Translations under genes and position numbers: made by a program | The notes under the pieces: model-generated | Seen by the model: the letters and a program-made list of their open reading frames with translations, nothing else | The model's database searches: none | Told to the model about the DNA's origin: nothing | Source of the DNA: Enterococcus phoeniculicola ATCC BAA-412 | GTDB taxonomy: Bacteria > Bacillota > Bacilli > Lactobacillales > Enterococcaceae | Assembly: GCF_000407505.1 (NCBI RefSeq) | Contig: NZ_ASWE01000001.1 | Location: forward strand, 159,324-183,323 | DNA: 24,000 nucleotides | Direction of reading: 5' to 3' | Shown here: positions 1-7,875 of the stretch, in pieces | Layout: the number at the start of each line of letters is the position of its first letter | Position numbering within the stretch: position 1 is the first letter of the stretch

Positions 1-813
1 TCAACGATTGAGCAAATAAAGGATATTGTTCAAACTGTTCACCCTCGTCTCATGATTTTAACAGATGATGTGTATGGCACGTTTGTTCCTGAATTTCATT
101 CCTTGTTTAAAGAACTCCCTTATAATACTGCCTGTATTTATTCTTATTCAAAATACTTTGGTGCAACTGGCTGGCGTATTGGAACGATTGTAACTGCACG
201 GGAAAATATTTTTGATCAGTTAATAAACGAGTTAGCAGCAGAGAAACAGGAAAAGTTGGAGGCGAGGTATCATTCCTTAAATGCGCAGCCCAAACAAATG
301 AAATTTATTGATCGACTGGTGGCAGATAGCCGGGATGTAGCATTAAATCATGCAGCCGGATTATCTTCTGTTCAGCAAGTGATGATGACCTTGTTTAGTT
401 TGTATGCGCTATTAGATGAAGGAGCTGCCTATAAAAAAGAAGTAATGGCGATTTGTCACACAAGAGAGCAATTATTATTTCGTACGCTGGGATTAGAAGA
501 ACCATTTCCTTCATTGAACACGGCCTATTATTGTGAGTTGAATTTTAAAGACTGGACAGAAAAACGATATGGAAAAGAGTTTACAACGTATTTGAAAAAG
601 CGCTGGACGATGACCAAAGTTCTTATATCATTAGCGGAAAAGGAACAATTAATGCTGTTAAAGGCGGATGCATTTGGCAGTGATGATTGGTCTGTGCGAG
701 TTTCACTAGCCAATTTAGCTACAAACCAGTATAGTGAAGTTGGAAGAAGAATTATTCGTTTATCCGAACGATTAAAAGATGAATGGATAAAAAATAAGAA
801 CGAGCCAAGGTGA
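1..813 (+). CDS. asdA: Aspartate 4-decarboxylase (PLP-dependent, aminotransferase fold), C-terminal ~270 aa; the 5' end lies outside the window
   Basis: Frame 1 is open from base 1 (STIEQIKDIV...); the ORF track reports it from 52. It has the PLP-lysine motif SYSKYFGATGWRIG and the block KFIDRLVADSRDVALNHAAGLSSVQQV, which I recognise from characterised aspartate beta-decarboxylases. Confidence 0.8.
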   Translation, partial: STIEQIKDIVQTVHPRLMILTDDVYGTFVPEFHSLFKELPYNTACIYSYSKYFGATGWRIGTIVTARENIFDQLINELAAEKQEKLEARYHSLNAQPKQMKFIDRLVADSRDVALNHAAGLSSVQQVMMTLFSLYALLDEGAAYKKEVMAICHTREQLLFRTLGLEEPFPSLNTAYYCELNFKDWTEKRYGKEFTTYLKKRWTMTKVLISLAEKEQLMLLKADAFGSDDWSVRVSLANLATNQYSEVGRRIIRLSERLKDEWIKNKNEPR

Positions 814-817
814 TGAA

Positions 818-1549
818 ATGGAAGATAAAAAGGTAAAAAAAGCAAAGTTTGATCAAGTCTCAGCAGAAATCGAACAACGGATTCGTGATGGAATATACGT
901 TAGCGCGCAAAAATTACCTTCAGAATATGATTTAGCAAAAGAATTTGATTGCAGTCGCTTAACTGTCCGAAAAGCAATTGATGAGTTGATTAAAAAGAAT
1001 ATTTTAGTGAAGCGACCAGGCAAAGGAAGCTATGTCATGACTCAGCAAAAGATTCAAAGTGGACGAGCAGGGTTGCAGGGGTTTACAGAGGCTGCAAGAG
1101 CGTATGGAAAAACGAGTAAAACAGAGGTCATTTCTTTTGAACGCTTTGAAAAACCAAGCGAAGAAATTCTGCAAGCTTTACAGGTTGGACCAGAGCAGTC
1201 TATTTATGAATTGGTTCGAAGAAGAATGTTAGATGAAGAGCCAATGACAGTAGAAAAAATTTATTTAGGGGAAGAGTACGTTAAAGACTTTTCAAAGGAA
1301 GACTTTCAGGGATCGTTATTTCAACTAATTGAGCAGCAGGTAGAAATTGCTTATTCTCATCAGGAAGTAGAAGCTATTTTAGTAGAGCCTGAGATTTCAT
1401 CTTTATTAGATGTTCCTGTAGGTAGTCCCCTACTGCAAGTTCATTCCATTACTTATGCTATTGATGCAACCCCTATTTTATATGATATTTCGTTTTATCG
1501 CGCAGATCGTTATACATTTAAGAATACATTGACTCGATACAATCATTAG
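818..1549 (+). CDS. GntR-family transcriptional regulator, HutC subfamily (wHTH + UTRA effector domain)
   Basis: N-terminal winged HTH (LPSEYDLAKEFDCSRLTVRKAIDELI). Its ~240 aa length and C-terminal domain are typical of HutC/UTRA regulators. An AGGTGA SD lies just upstream, and the start is 4 nt after the asdA stop. Confidence 0.85.
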   Translation: MEDKKVKKAKFDQVSAEIEQRIRDGIYVSAQKLPSEYDLAKEFDCSRLTVRKAIDELIKKNILVKRPGKGSYVMTQQKIQSGRAGLQGFTEAARAYGKTSKTEVISFERFEKPSEEILQALQVGPEQSIYELVRRRMLDEEPMTVEKIYLGEEYVKDFSKEDFQGSLFQLIEQQVEIAYSHQEVEAILVEPEISSLLDVPVGSPLLQVHSITYAIDATPILYDISFYRADRYTFKNTLTRYNH

Positions 1550-1562
1550 GAGGGTAACAGAG

Positions 1563-2864
1563 ATGAATGATTTCAAGCAGATAATTCAGGAAAATAAAGA
1601 GCAATTTTATCAAGACCTTACTCAGATAATGCAAATAAAAAGCGTAAAAGATCAGCCTTGTGAACATGCACCTTTTGGAAAAGGACCAAAAGAAGTGTTG
1701 ATGAAAGCTTTGTCGATTGCTGACAGCTACGGATTTACAACAAGGATGGTTAATGACGCAGTAGGCTATGCCCAGCTAGGTGAAGGTAAAGATTATATTG
1801 GTGTAGTCGGACACTTAGATGTAGTGCCAGAAGGGGATGGCTGGTCATTTCCTCCGTTTGCGCTGAATGAAAAAGAAGGTCGACTTTATGGTCGAGGAAT
1901 TCTTGATAATAAAGGGCCGATTATGTCCTGTTTATTTGGTTTGAAATTGTTAAAGGACTTGCATTTACCGATGAAACAGCCGGTTAGAATTGTTTTTGGT
2001 ACAGATGAAGAAAGCGGCAGTGCAGATATCCCGCTATATTTAAGTGAAGAGCACCCGCCAAAGTTTGGTTTTACTCCAGATTGCAAGTACCCTGTAGTTT
2101 ATGGTGAAAGAGGGATTGTCAATTATGAGCTCATTACAGCTTTTTCCGATGATGAGTTAAAAGAGTTTGGTGAGATTATTGGGGATCAAGCAAGAGATCA
2201 TGTGCCGGATAAACTACAAGTGAAGATAAATGGAGCGCTCGTTGAGGTTAGTGGGAAACGAGCGCCATCAAATGCGCCAGAATTGGGAAAAAATGCAATT
2301 ACTCTTTTAGCAGAAAAAATAGTTCAAGAGCGATTAGTGAGCGGACGTTTAGCTGATTATTTTTCGTGGCTTGTTGAGGGACTGGCGGATAAACATCATG
2401 GTGAGGGATTGAGGATTGATTTTGAGGATGAAGACAGTGGAAAATTGATGATTACGCCCTACGAATTACAAAAACAGGGGAACCGTCTAGTTCTTGGGCT
2501 TGCTATACGTTATCCCGTATCCATTTCAGAAGAACAGGTGACTAGTACATTGAGCCAACAAATTCCTTCTAAAAGTGAATTGACTATCGTTCGACGGATG
2601 AAAGGGACAAGTTACTCCAAAGAGGATAAAAATGTCCAAAAGCTAGCTGAAGTTTATGAAATGGTCACTGGACTGGATGGTACACCTGTGACAACTACAG
2701 GTGCTACCTATGCACGTTCTGTTCCGAATATTGTTGCTTTTGGCCCTTCTTTTCCAGGTCAAAAGGGAATTGCACACAATAAGGACGAGTATATGGACGA
2801 AGCGGATTTGTTATTGAATATGGAAATTTATATGCATGCAATGCTAGCGTTATCAAATGAATAA
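1563..2864 (+). CDS. M20-family metallodipeptidase, PepV/Sapep-like
   Basis: M20 metal/catalytic motifs are present: GHLDVVPEGDGW, GRGILDNKGP, GTDEESGS, YGERG and C-terminal AHNKDEY. A GGAGGG SD lies upstream. Confidence 0.8.
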   Translation: MNDFKQIIQENKEQFYQDLTQIMQIKSVKDQPCEHAPFGKGPKEVLMKALSIADSYGFTTRMVNDAVGYAQLGEGKDYIGVVGHLDVVPEGDGWSFPPFALNEKEGRLYGRGILDNKGPIMSCLFGLKLLKDLHLPMKQPVRIVFGTDEESGSADIPLYLSEEHPPKFGFTPDCKYPVVYGERGIVNYELITAFSDDELKEFGEIIGDQARDHVPDKLQVKINGALVEVSGKRAPSNAPELGKNAITLLAEKIVQERLVSGRLADYFSWLVEGLADKHHGEGLRIDFEDEDSGKLMITPYELQKQGNRLVLGLAIRYPVSISEEQVTSTLSQQIPSKSELTIVRRMKGTSYSKEDKNVQKLAEVYEMVTGLDGTPVTTTGATYARSVPNIVAFGPSFPGQKGIAHNKDEYMDEADLLLNMEIYMHAMLALSNE

Positions 2865-2957
2865 GCAGATTGAATTTTTAAGATAGCTAGTGAGCAGCTG
2901 AATGGTGCTGTAATCGTCATGTTCAGCTCTCATAAACGAATAATAAACGGTGAAAAC

Positions 2958-3128
2958 GAGGTCGGGACAGAAGTGTTCAGCTTATTTTCGAAGCCTTCAA
3001 CTCAAGCATGTCTCATGCGTAGAAGATGATGAGAGCGAAACGAAGTGGAGATGAGTTTCTTCTATTCCCCACCTTTATTAAGGTTTTACAAAGATGGGGA
3101 ACAACTTAATTAGTTGTGTCCCACCTTC
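2958..3128. repeat. ~170-bp structured intergenic element, reminiscent of enterococcal EFAR-type miniature repeats
   Basis: The terminal arms GAGGTCGGGACAG (2958-2970) and TGTCCCACCTTC (3117-3128) are imperfectly complementary. Internal hairpins are TCTCAT/ATGAGA and TTCCCCA (3065-3071)/TGGGGAA (3095-3101). The element sits between the dipeptidase stop and its terminator. Copy number cannot be assessed from one window. Confidence 0.3.
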
Positions 3129-3163
3129 ATTCTAATCGCGTCTTTTTTTAGACGAAAAAGTTG

Positions 3164-3202
3164 AAAAAGCGAGTTGGACATTTTGTCTGCTCGCTTTTTT
3201 TT
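3164..3202 (+). terminator. Rho-independent terminator (A-tract upstream, so possibly bidirectional)
   Basis: Stem AAGCGAG / CTCGCTT with an inner GACA-ttt-TGTC stem, followed by an 8-T run at 3195-3202. Confidence 0.7.
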
Positions 3203-3493
3203 ACACCAAGTGAGAAGACAGGTCGTTTGGGCAGGCAGTTATGGGAATCCACTGTAGGTGCCGCATTTTTGCTTGAGAGTAGAGATTGTGAACGCTGATT
3301 AAAGGAAATGTTTTTGTTGGTCGTTAATCATGAAAGTTCATTAACCAGATGAAACGTCTGTATGTTTTTTGAGCGAATTCCTTTTAATACAGTTTTTATG
3401 GTTGTCAGATTTTTCCATAGGAAGAAATCATCAAGTAGGAAAATGAGCGAGCATTTGTGAAGGAAAATTGGATGAATAAAAAAATTTTCTTTT

Positions 3494-3526
3494 AGTATAT
3501 ACAAAACAGTATATACTATTTATAAT
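3494..3526 (+). promoter_or_regulatory. Putative HutC/GntR operator (two AGTATATAC half-palindromic boxes) overlapping the operon promoter (-10 TATAAT)
   Basis: AGTATATAC-aaaac-AGTATATACT spans 3494-3517, and each GTATATAC is itself palindromic and fits the GT-N-AC type HutC operator. TATAAT lies at 3521-3526 with a TATACA -35-like hexamer 17 nt upstream, about 45 nt before the ATG at 3571. Confidence 0.5.
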
Positions 3527-3542
3527 GTAGATAGATTCGAAA

Positions 3543-3556
3543 TGAAAACGGTAACG
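3543..3556 (+). promoter_or_regulatory. cre-like CcpA site in the 5' UTR of the glycosylasparaginase operon
   Basis: TGAAAACGGTAACG matches the cre consensus TGWAANCGNTNWCA at 13 of 14 positions. It lies between the -10 box and the SD. Confidence 0.45.
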
Positions 3557-3570
3557 GGAGGAGAGATTTA

Positions 3571-4524
3571 ATGGTTTGGGGGGCAATTGCAACTTGGCGA
3601 ATGGCACACGAAGGTGTGGTCGAGGCGTTACGTCTGCTAGAAAAAAATGGCACATCAGGAGATGTAACCGAAAACTTAATCAAAACGGTAGAGGACTATC
3701 CGTACTATAAATCGGTTGGTTACGGAGGGCTACCCAATTCAGAAGGAATTCTGGAGATGGATGCAGCATATATGGATGGAGATACGTTCAAAATTGGTGC
3801 GGTTGCTGGGATAACGGATGTTAAGAATCCTATTTCTGTTGCAAGAAAACTTAGTGAGGACAAGTTCAACAGTTTTCGAGTGGGGGACGGAGCGACTAAA
3901 TACTCGATAATTGAAGGATTTGAACGGAAAAATATGCTGACCAAACGAGCACATAAAATTTGGGAAAAGCGTCTGGAAGAAATCCGGGAAAATAATCTAA
4001 ATCCGTATGATGGGCATGATACCGTTGGTGCTGTGACACTTGATCAAGAAGGATCAATGACCGTTGGAACATCTAGTTCAGGGCTATTTATGAAGAAACC
4101 AGGACGAGTGGGCGATTCACCCTTATCTGGTTCAGGTTTTTATGTAGACAGTGAAATTGGCGGAGCAGCTGCCACTGGATTAGGAGAAGATTTAATGAAA
4201 GGGTGCCTTTCTTATGAAATTGTTCGATTAATGGGCGAAGGAGAAACGCCGCAAGCTGCTTGTGATAAAGCAGTGTACAGCTTTCACGACAAGTTATCAA
4301 AACGTTATGGAAAAGCAGGCGCATTTTCATTAATTGCTATGAATAACAAGGGGGAATGGGGGGTGGCAACAAATGTTGAATTCACCTTCAGTGTTGGAAA
4401 TTCTAAAGAGCCACCACAAATTTTTATTGCAAACAAAGGAAAAAATCATACAACGGATATTCAGCCAATTAGTCAGGAATGGTTATCTGCGTATGAAAAA
4501 CGAATTAAAGCACCTATTGAATAA
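3571..4524 (+). CDS. Glycosylasparaginase / N4-(beta-N-acetylglucosaminyl)-L-asparaginase (Ntn hydrolase, asparaginase-2 family)
   Basis: The autoprocessing/nucleophile site GHD-TVGAV is present. The block GGAAATGLGEDLMKG and the N-terminal region (VGYGGLPNSEGILEMDAAYMDG...IGAVAG) resemble aspartylglucosaminidase more than IaaA-type isoaspartyl peptidase. A GGGAGGAG SD lies upstream. Confidence 0.8.
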   Translation: MVWGAIATWRMAHEGVVEALRLLEKNGTSGDVTENLIKTVEDYPYYKSVGYGGLPNSEGILEMDAAYMDGDTFKIGAVAGITDVKNPISVARKLSEDKFNSFRVGDGATKYSIIEGFERKNMLTKRAHKIWEKRLEEIRENNLNPYDGHDTVGAVTLDQEGSMTVGTSSSGLFMKKPGRVGDSPLSGSGFYVDSEIGGAAATGLGEDLMKGCLSYEIVRLMGEGETPQAACDKAVYSFHDKLSKRYGKAGAFSLIAMNNKGEWGVATNVEFTFSVGNSKEPPQIFIANKGKNHTTDIQPISQEWLSAYEKRIKAPIE

Positions 4525-4538
4525 AGGAGAGAAGCGTT

Positions 4539-4871
4539 ATGAAGAAAAAGGTTTATCTATTTTGTAGTCAAGGAATGTCTACAAGTATGCTGGCACAAAA
4601 GATGCAAAACGTAGCGGATCAACATAATCTACCCATGGAAGTGGCTGCGTATTCCCATGGACTGTTGAACAAAATTATTGAAGAAAAGAAGCCGGATGTT
4701 ATTATGCTTGGCCCTCAAGTGAAATATTTGTATGAGGATACAGTTAAAAATTTTGGTTCCTATGGTGCGCCTATTCTCATGATTAGTTCGGAAGATTATG
4801 GTGTGATGAACGGAGAAAAAGTATTGAAGCAGGCTATTCTTGCGCTGAAAAAAAAGAAAATGGAACAATAA
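4539..4871 (+). CDS. PTS lactose/cellobiose-family EIIB
   Basis: ~110 aa with the phospho-cysteine loop YLFCSQGMSTSMLA near the N-terminus. Confidence 0.9.
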   Translation: MKKKVYLFCSQGMSTSMLAQKMQNVADQHNLPMEVAAYSHGLLNKIIEEKKPDVIMLGPQVKYLYEDTVKNFGSYGAPILMISSEDYGVMNGEKVLKQAILALKKKKMEQ

Positions 4872-4897
4872 AAATATAGACCTAAGGAGGAGTATAG

Positions 4898-6241
4898 ATG
4901 TTTGATGTGTTAGAAAAAGCAATGATGCCACTAGCAGAAAAATTGGGAAAAAACAAAGTTTTAGTGGCTATTCGTGATGGTTTCTTAATCACTACCCCGT
5001 TGATTATTGTAGGGTCACTATTTCTGCTATTCAGTAATTTTCCGATTCCAGGGTGGGAGGATTTTTGGACAGGAATTTTAGGAGATCAGTGGAGCTCATG
5101 GTTTGGTAATGTATCTGGAGCAGTATTTGACGTTGTTGGTTTTCTTTCTTGTTTTGGTACCGCCTATGCCTATGGGAGAGAGTTGGAGGTAGACTCAATC
5201 CAAGCAGCGGCTGTAGCGATTGTGGGCTTCTTGATCTTAACTCCAATGAGTATGCTGGTGGACGGTGTAGAGGGCTCTCTAGGTGCAATTGATTTACAGT
5301 ATTTAGGAACGAATGGTATTTTTCTAGGTCTTGTTGTTGCACTTGTTTCTGTTCGAATTTATGCCTATGTATCTAAAAAAGGCTGGACAATAAAGATGCC
5401 GGATGGTGTGCCACCTGCAGTTTCAAAATCATTTGAAGCATTAATTCCAAGTGGAATTGTGATGGTTATTTTCTTCTTTGTTCGAATTGGTTTTGAGTTT
5501 ACTTCTTACGAAACGGTTCATAATTTCATTTTTGAAATTTTACAGACGCCATTAAAAGGTGCGGGGAACACATTGTTGGCACAAATTATCTATTCTTTAG
5601 CTTGTACAATTTTTTGGTTTTTTGGGATTAATGGTCCAGCAGTTGCCAACTCTGTTTTTGCGCCAGTTACAAAAGTATTAACGATGGAAAATTTAAATGC
5701 GCTTCAAGCTGGGAAAGATTTGCCTAATATTTTTACAGACCCGTTTTCTAATTTTTTCACGAATTTTGGCGGTGGCGGGAGTACACTATCCTTAGTTATT
5801 GTGATGGTTCTATTCTGTAAGTCTCAACGAATTAAAAAATTAGGGAATTTGTCACTTATTCCGGGGGTTTTTGGTATTAATGAACCTATTATTTTTGGGC
5901 TGCCAATCGTTCTTAATCCGATTATCATTATCCCATTTATTTTAACGCCAACAATTAATTTATTGTTATCTACACTCGTAACAAAACTTGGTATTATTCC
6001 TTATACAACCGGTGTTGCTTTGCCATGGACGACACCTATTGGATTTTCAGGCTATCTGTCTACAGGAAGCTTGGTAGCGGCTGTTTGGCAATTTCTTCTA
6101 TTAGCTTTAGGCTGTGTCATCTATTACCCATTTATCAAAACCTTAGATAAGCAGTACCTAAAAGAAGAAGCAGAAGCTAGTAATAAAACAGTAGAGGAAG
6201 AAGATATCTCTTTTGACGATATTTCTTTTGATGATTTATAG
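4898..6241 (+). CDS. PTS lactose/cellobiose-family EIIC permease
   Basis: 447 aa polytopic membrane protein with typical EIIC-Lac/Cel blocks (LVAIRDGF, NGPAV, INEPIIFGLPIVLNP). It has an acidic C-terminal tail. An AAGGAGG SD lies upstream. Confidence 0.9.
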   Translation: MFDVLEKAMMPLAEKLGKNKVLVAIRDGFLITTPLIIVGSLFLLFSNFPIPGWEDFWTGILGDQWSSWFGNVSGAVFDVVGFLSCFGTAYAYGRELEVDSIQAAAVAIVGFLILTPMSMLVDGVEGSLGAIDLQYLGTNGIFLGLVVALVSVRIYAYVSKKGWTIKMPDGVPPAVSKSFEALIPSGIVMVIFFFVRIGFEFTSYETVHNFIFEILQTPLKGAGNTLLAQIIYSLACTIFWFFGINGPAVANSVFAPVTKVLTMENLNALQAGKDLPNIFTDPFSNFFTNFGGGGSTLSLVIVMVLFCKSQRIKKLGNLSLIPGVFGINEPIIFGLPIVLNPIIIIPFILTPTINLLLSTLVTKLGIIPYTTGVALPWTTPIGFSGYLSTGSLVAAVWQFLLLALGCVIYYPFIKTLDKQYLKEEAEASNKTVEEEDISFDDISFDDL

Positions 6242-6254
6242 GAGAAAATAAAAA

Positions 6255-6776
6255 ATGAAAATAATGATGATATTTGACCAAATTCAAGCAGGATTTGGTG
6301 GGAAAGAAAAAGGGCATTTAGCACTTGGCGGAAAGAAGATGGCGATTGGCTCTGCTGCCATGTTTGATAAGTATTTAAGTGAAGTAGACGGAGACATTAT
6401 TGCAACACTTTATTGTGGCGATGATTATTATTTGGAAAATAGAGAAGAAGCAAGAAGAAAATTAGTAGCGATGACTAAAAAAATTGCGCCAGATGTCGTG
6501 ATTTGTGGACCTGCATTCAATTATGAAAAATATGGGTTACTATGTGCAGAAGTGGGGCATGCAATTGAATCAGAGACAGCTATCCCTGTAGTTGCAGCGA
6601 TGTCTGTTGAATGTGTAGAGGCTATTGATGAATATAAAGAAGTGTTGACCATTATTAGGATGCCTAAAAAAGGTGGAATTGGCTTAACCGATTCTTTAAA
6701 GAAAATCCTGCAGTTAGCTGACTTAAAAGTCAATAAGCGTCCTCTGGAAACATTTGTCGAAGAAAATTGTTACTAG
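6255..6776 (+). CDS. Stand-alone protein resembling only the N-terminal domain of glycine/sarcosine/betaine reductase component B (GrdB family)
   Basis: The blocks QAGFGGKEK, ATLYCGDDYYLEN, ICGPAFNYEKYGLLCAEVG and IPVVAAM align by eye with the first ~170 aa of GrdB. The protein stops at 173 aa, so the Sec-containing catalytic half is absent. Confidence 0.6.
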   Translation: MKIMMIFDQIQAGFGGKEKGHLALGGKKMAIGSAAMFDKYLSEVDGDIIATLYCGDDYYLENREEARRKLVAMTKKIAPDVVICGPAFNYEKYGLLCAEVGHAIESETAIPVVAAMSVECVEAIDEYKEVLTIIRMPKKGGIGLTDSLKKILQLADLKVNKRPLETFVEENCY

Positions 6777-6802
6777 TCCGTTAGAAGGGAAGTTTGTGCT
6801 TG

Positions 6803-7861
6803 ATGGATAGAAAATTAGCAAATAAATTAAATCAGATAGATAGCGTTGCTGGAGATGAAAAGGAAATTTCTCTTGCTTTACGTGCAGAGTATGAAGGACT
6901 TGCCGATGACATTGTTTATGATAATTTAGGTTCTATTTTTGCAGTCAAAAAAAGTAAGCAAAAAAATGCACAGCGTGTGATGGTAGTCGGACATATGGAT
7001 GAGCCGGGATTTATTGTGAAAAAAATAAATGAGAATGGAACACTTTGTGCGTTAGGGCTAGGAAATATACAAAAGACAGGTCTGTTAGGTATGCCTGTAC
7101 GATTGAAAAAGCGCGATGGAAAAAAGATTTCAGGGACATTAGTTGCTTATGATGAAGCAGGCAATGTTTTAACTAAAACAAAAGAGGTACTCGTTGATTT
7201 AGGTTTTGAAAATAGTCAGGAAATCCATGCAGCAGGTATTCATTTAGGAGATAGAATTTCTTTTGGCCAATCGTTTTCAGTAGAAGAAGGCCAAACAAGA
7301 CTTTTTTCGAAAAATTGGAATGGTCGCTACGCGCCGCTTCTAGGGATTGAGCTTCTGAGAGAATTGAAGGAGGTTGAGTTAACCTTTGATTTGTATGTAG
7401 GCTGTACGGTTCAGGAGCAAGTGGGATTTCGGGGTGTACAGACAGCAACGAATCTAGTTTCTCCTGATTTAGGAATTGTTTTAGATACAGATCAAGCCTT
7501 TGATTATCAACTTGATGTTCAAGAAAGAATTGGTGAGTTAGGAAAAGGTTTGCTTATCAATTTTTATGACACAACGGTTCTACCCAATCGTTTATTGCTG
7601 GATACGCTAAAAACAATTTGTAAGGAACATACAGTTAGTCATCAGTACTATTATTCATTTGAAGGCTCTGATGCAGCGTGGATAAATAAACTGAGAACGG
7701 GAACCCCCACGCTTTTTGTGAATGTTCCTGTAAGAAATATGGATACGCTATCCTCTGTTTTAGATGTTAGAGACTATGAATCAGCGAAAGCTGCGTTACT
7801 ATTACTTTTAAAAAATCTCAAGCCAGAGAATATCCAAGCATTTAAAGAAGAAAATCGTTGA
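6803..7861 (+). CDS. M42-family (FrvX/PepA-like) aminopeptidase paralogue with substituted metal ligands
   Basis: It aligns along its whole length with the next gene. HMDEPGF is retained, but WDDR becomes WNGR, QEEVG becomes QEQVG and RYMHSP becomes RNMDTL. The ORF track starts at TTG 6794; ATG 6803 is my preferred start and is uncertain. Confidence 0.75.
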   Translation: MDRKLANKLNQIDSVAGDEKEISLALRAEYEGLADDIVYDNLGSIFAVKKSKQKNAQRVMVVGHMDEPGFIVKKINENGTLCALGLGNIQKTGLLGMPVRLKKRDGKKISGTLVAYDEAGNVLTKTKEVLVDLGFENSQEIHAAGIHLGDRISFGQSFSVEEGQTRLFSKNWNGRYAPLLGIELLRELKEVELTFDLYVGCTVQEQVGFRGVQTATNLVSPDLGIVLDTDQAFDYQLDVQERIGELGKGLLINFYDTTVLPNRLLLDTLKTICKEHTVSHQYYYSFEGSDAAWINKLRTGTPTLFVNVPVRNMDTLSSVLDVRDYESAKAALLLLLKNLKPENIQAFKEENR

Positions 7862-7875
7862 GGGGGGAAGCATAG

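Noticed and set aside
3431-3655. Minus-strand 74-aa ORF over the operon promoter and glycosylasparaginase start
   Set aside because: It overlaps a well-supported + strand CDS and the operator/promoter, and it has no SD.
6203-6235. Tandem 15-nt repeat encoding DISFD-DISFD at the EIIC C-terminus
   Set aside because: It is in-frame within a normal EIIC gene and is just a short acidic tail duplication, not an independent element.
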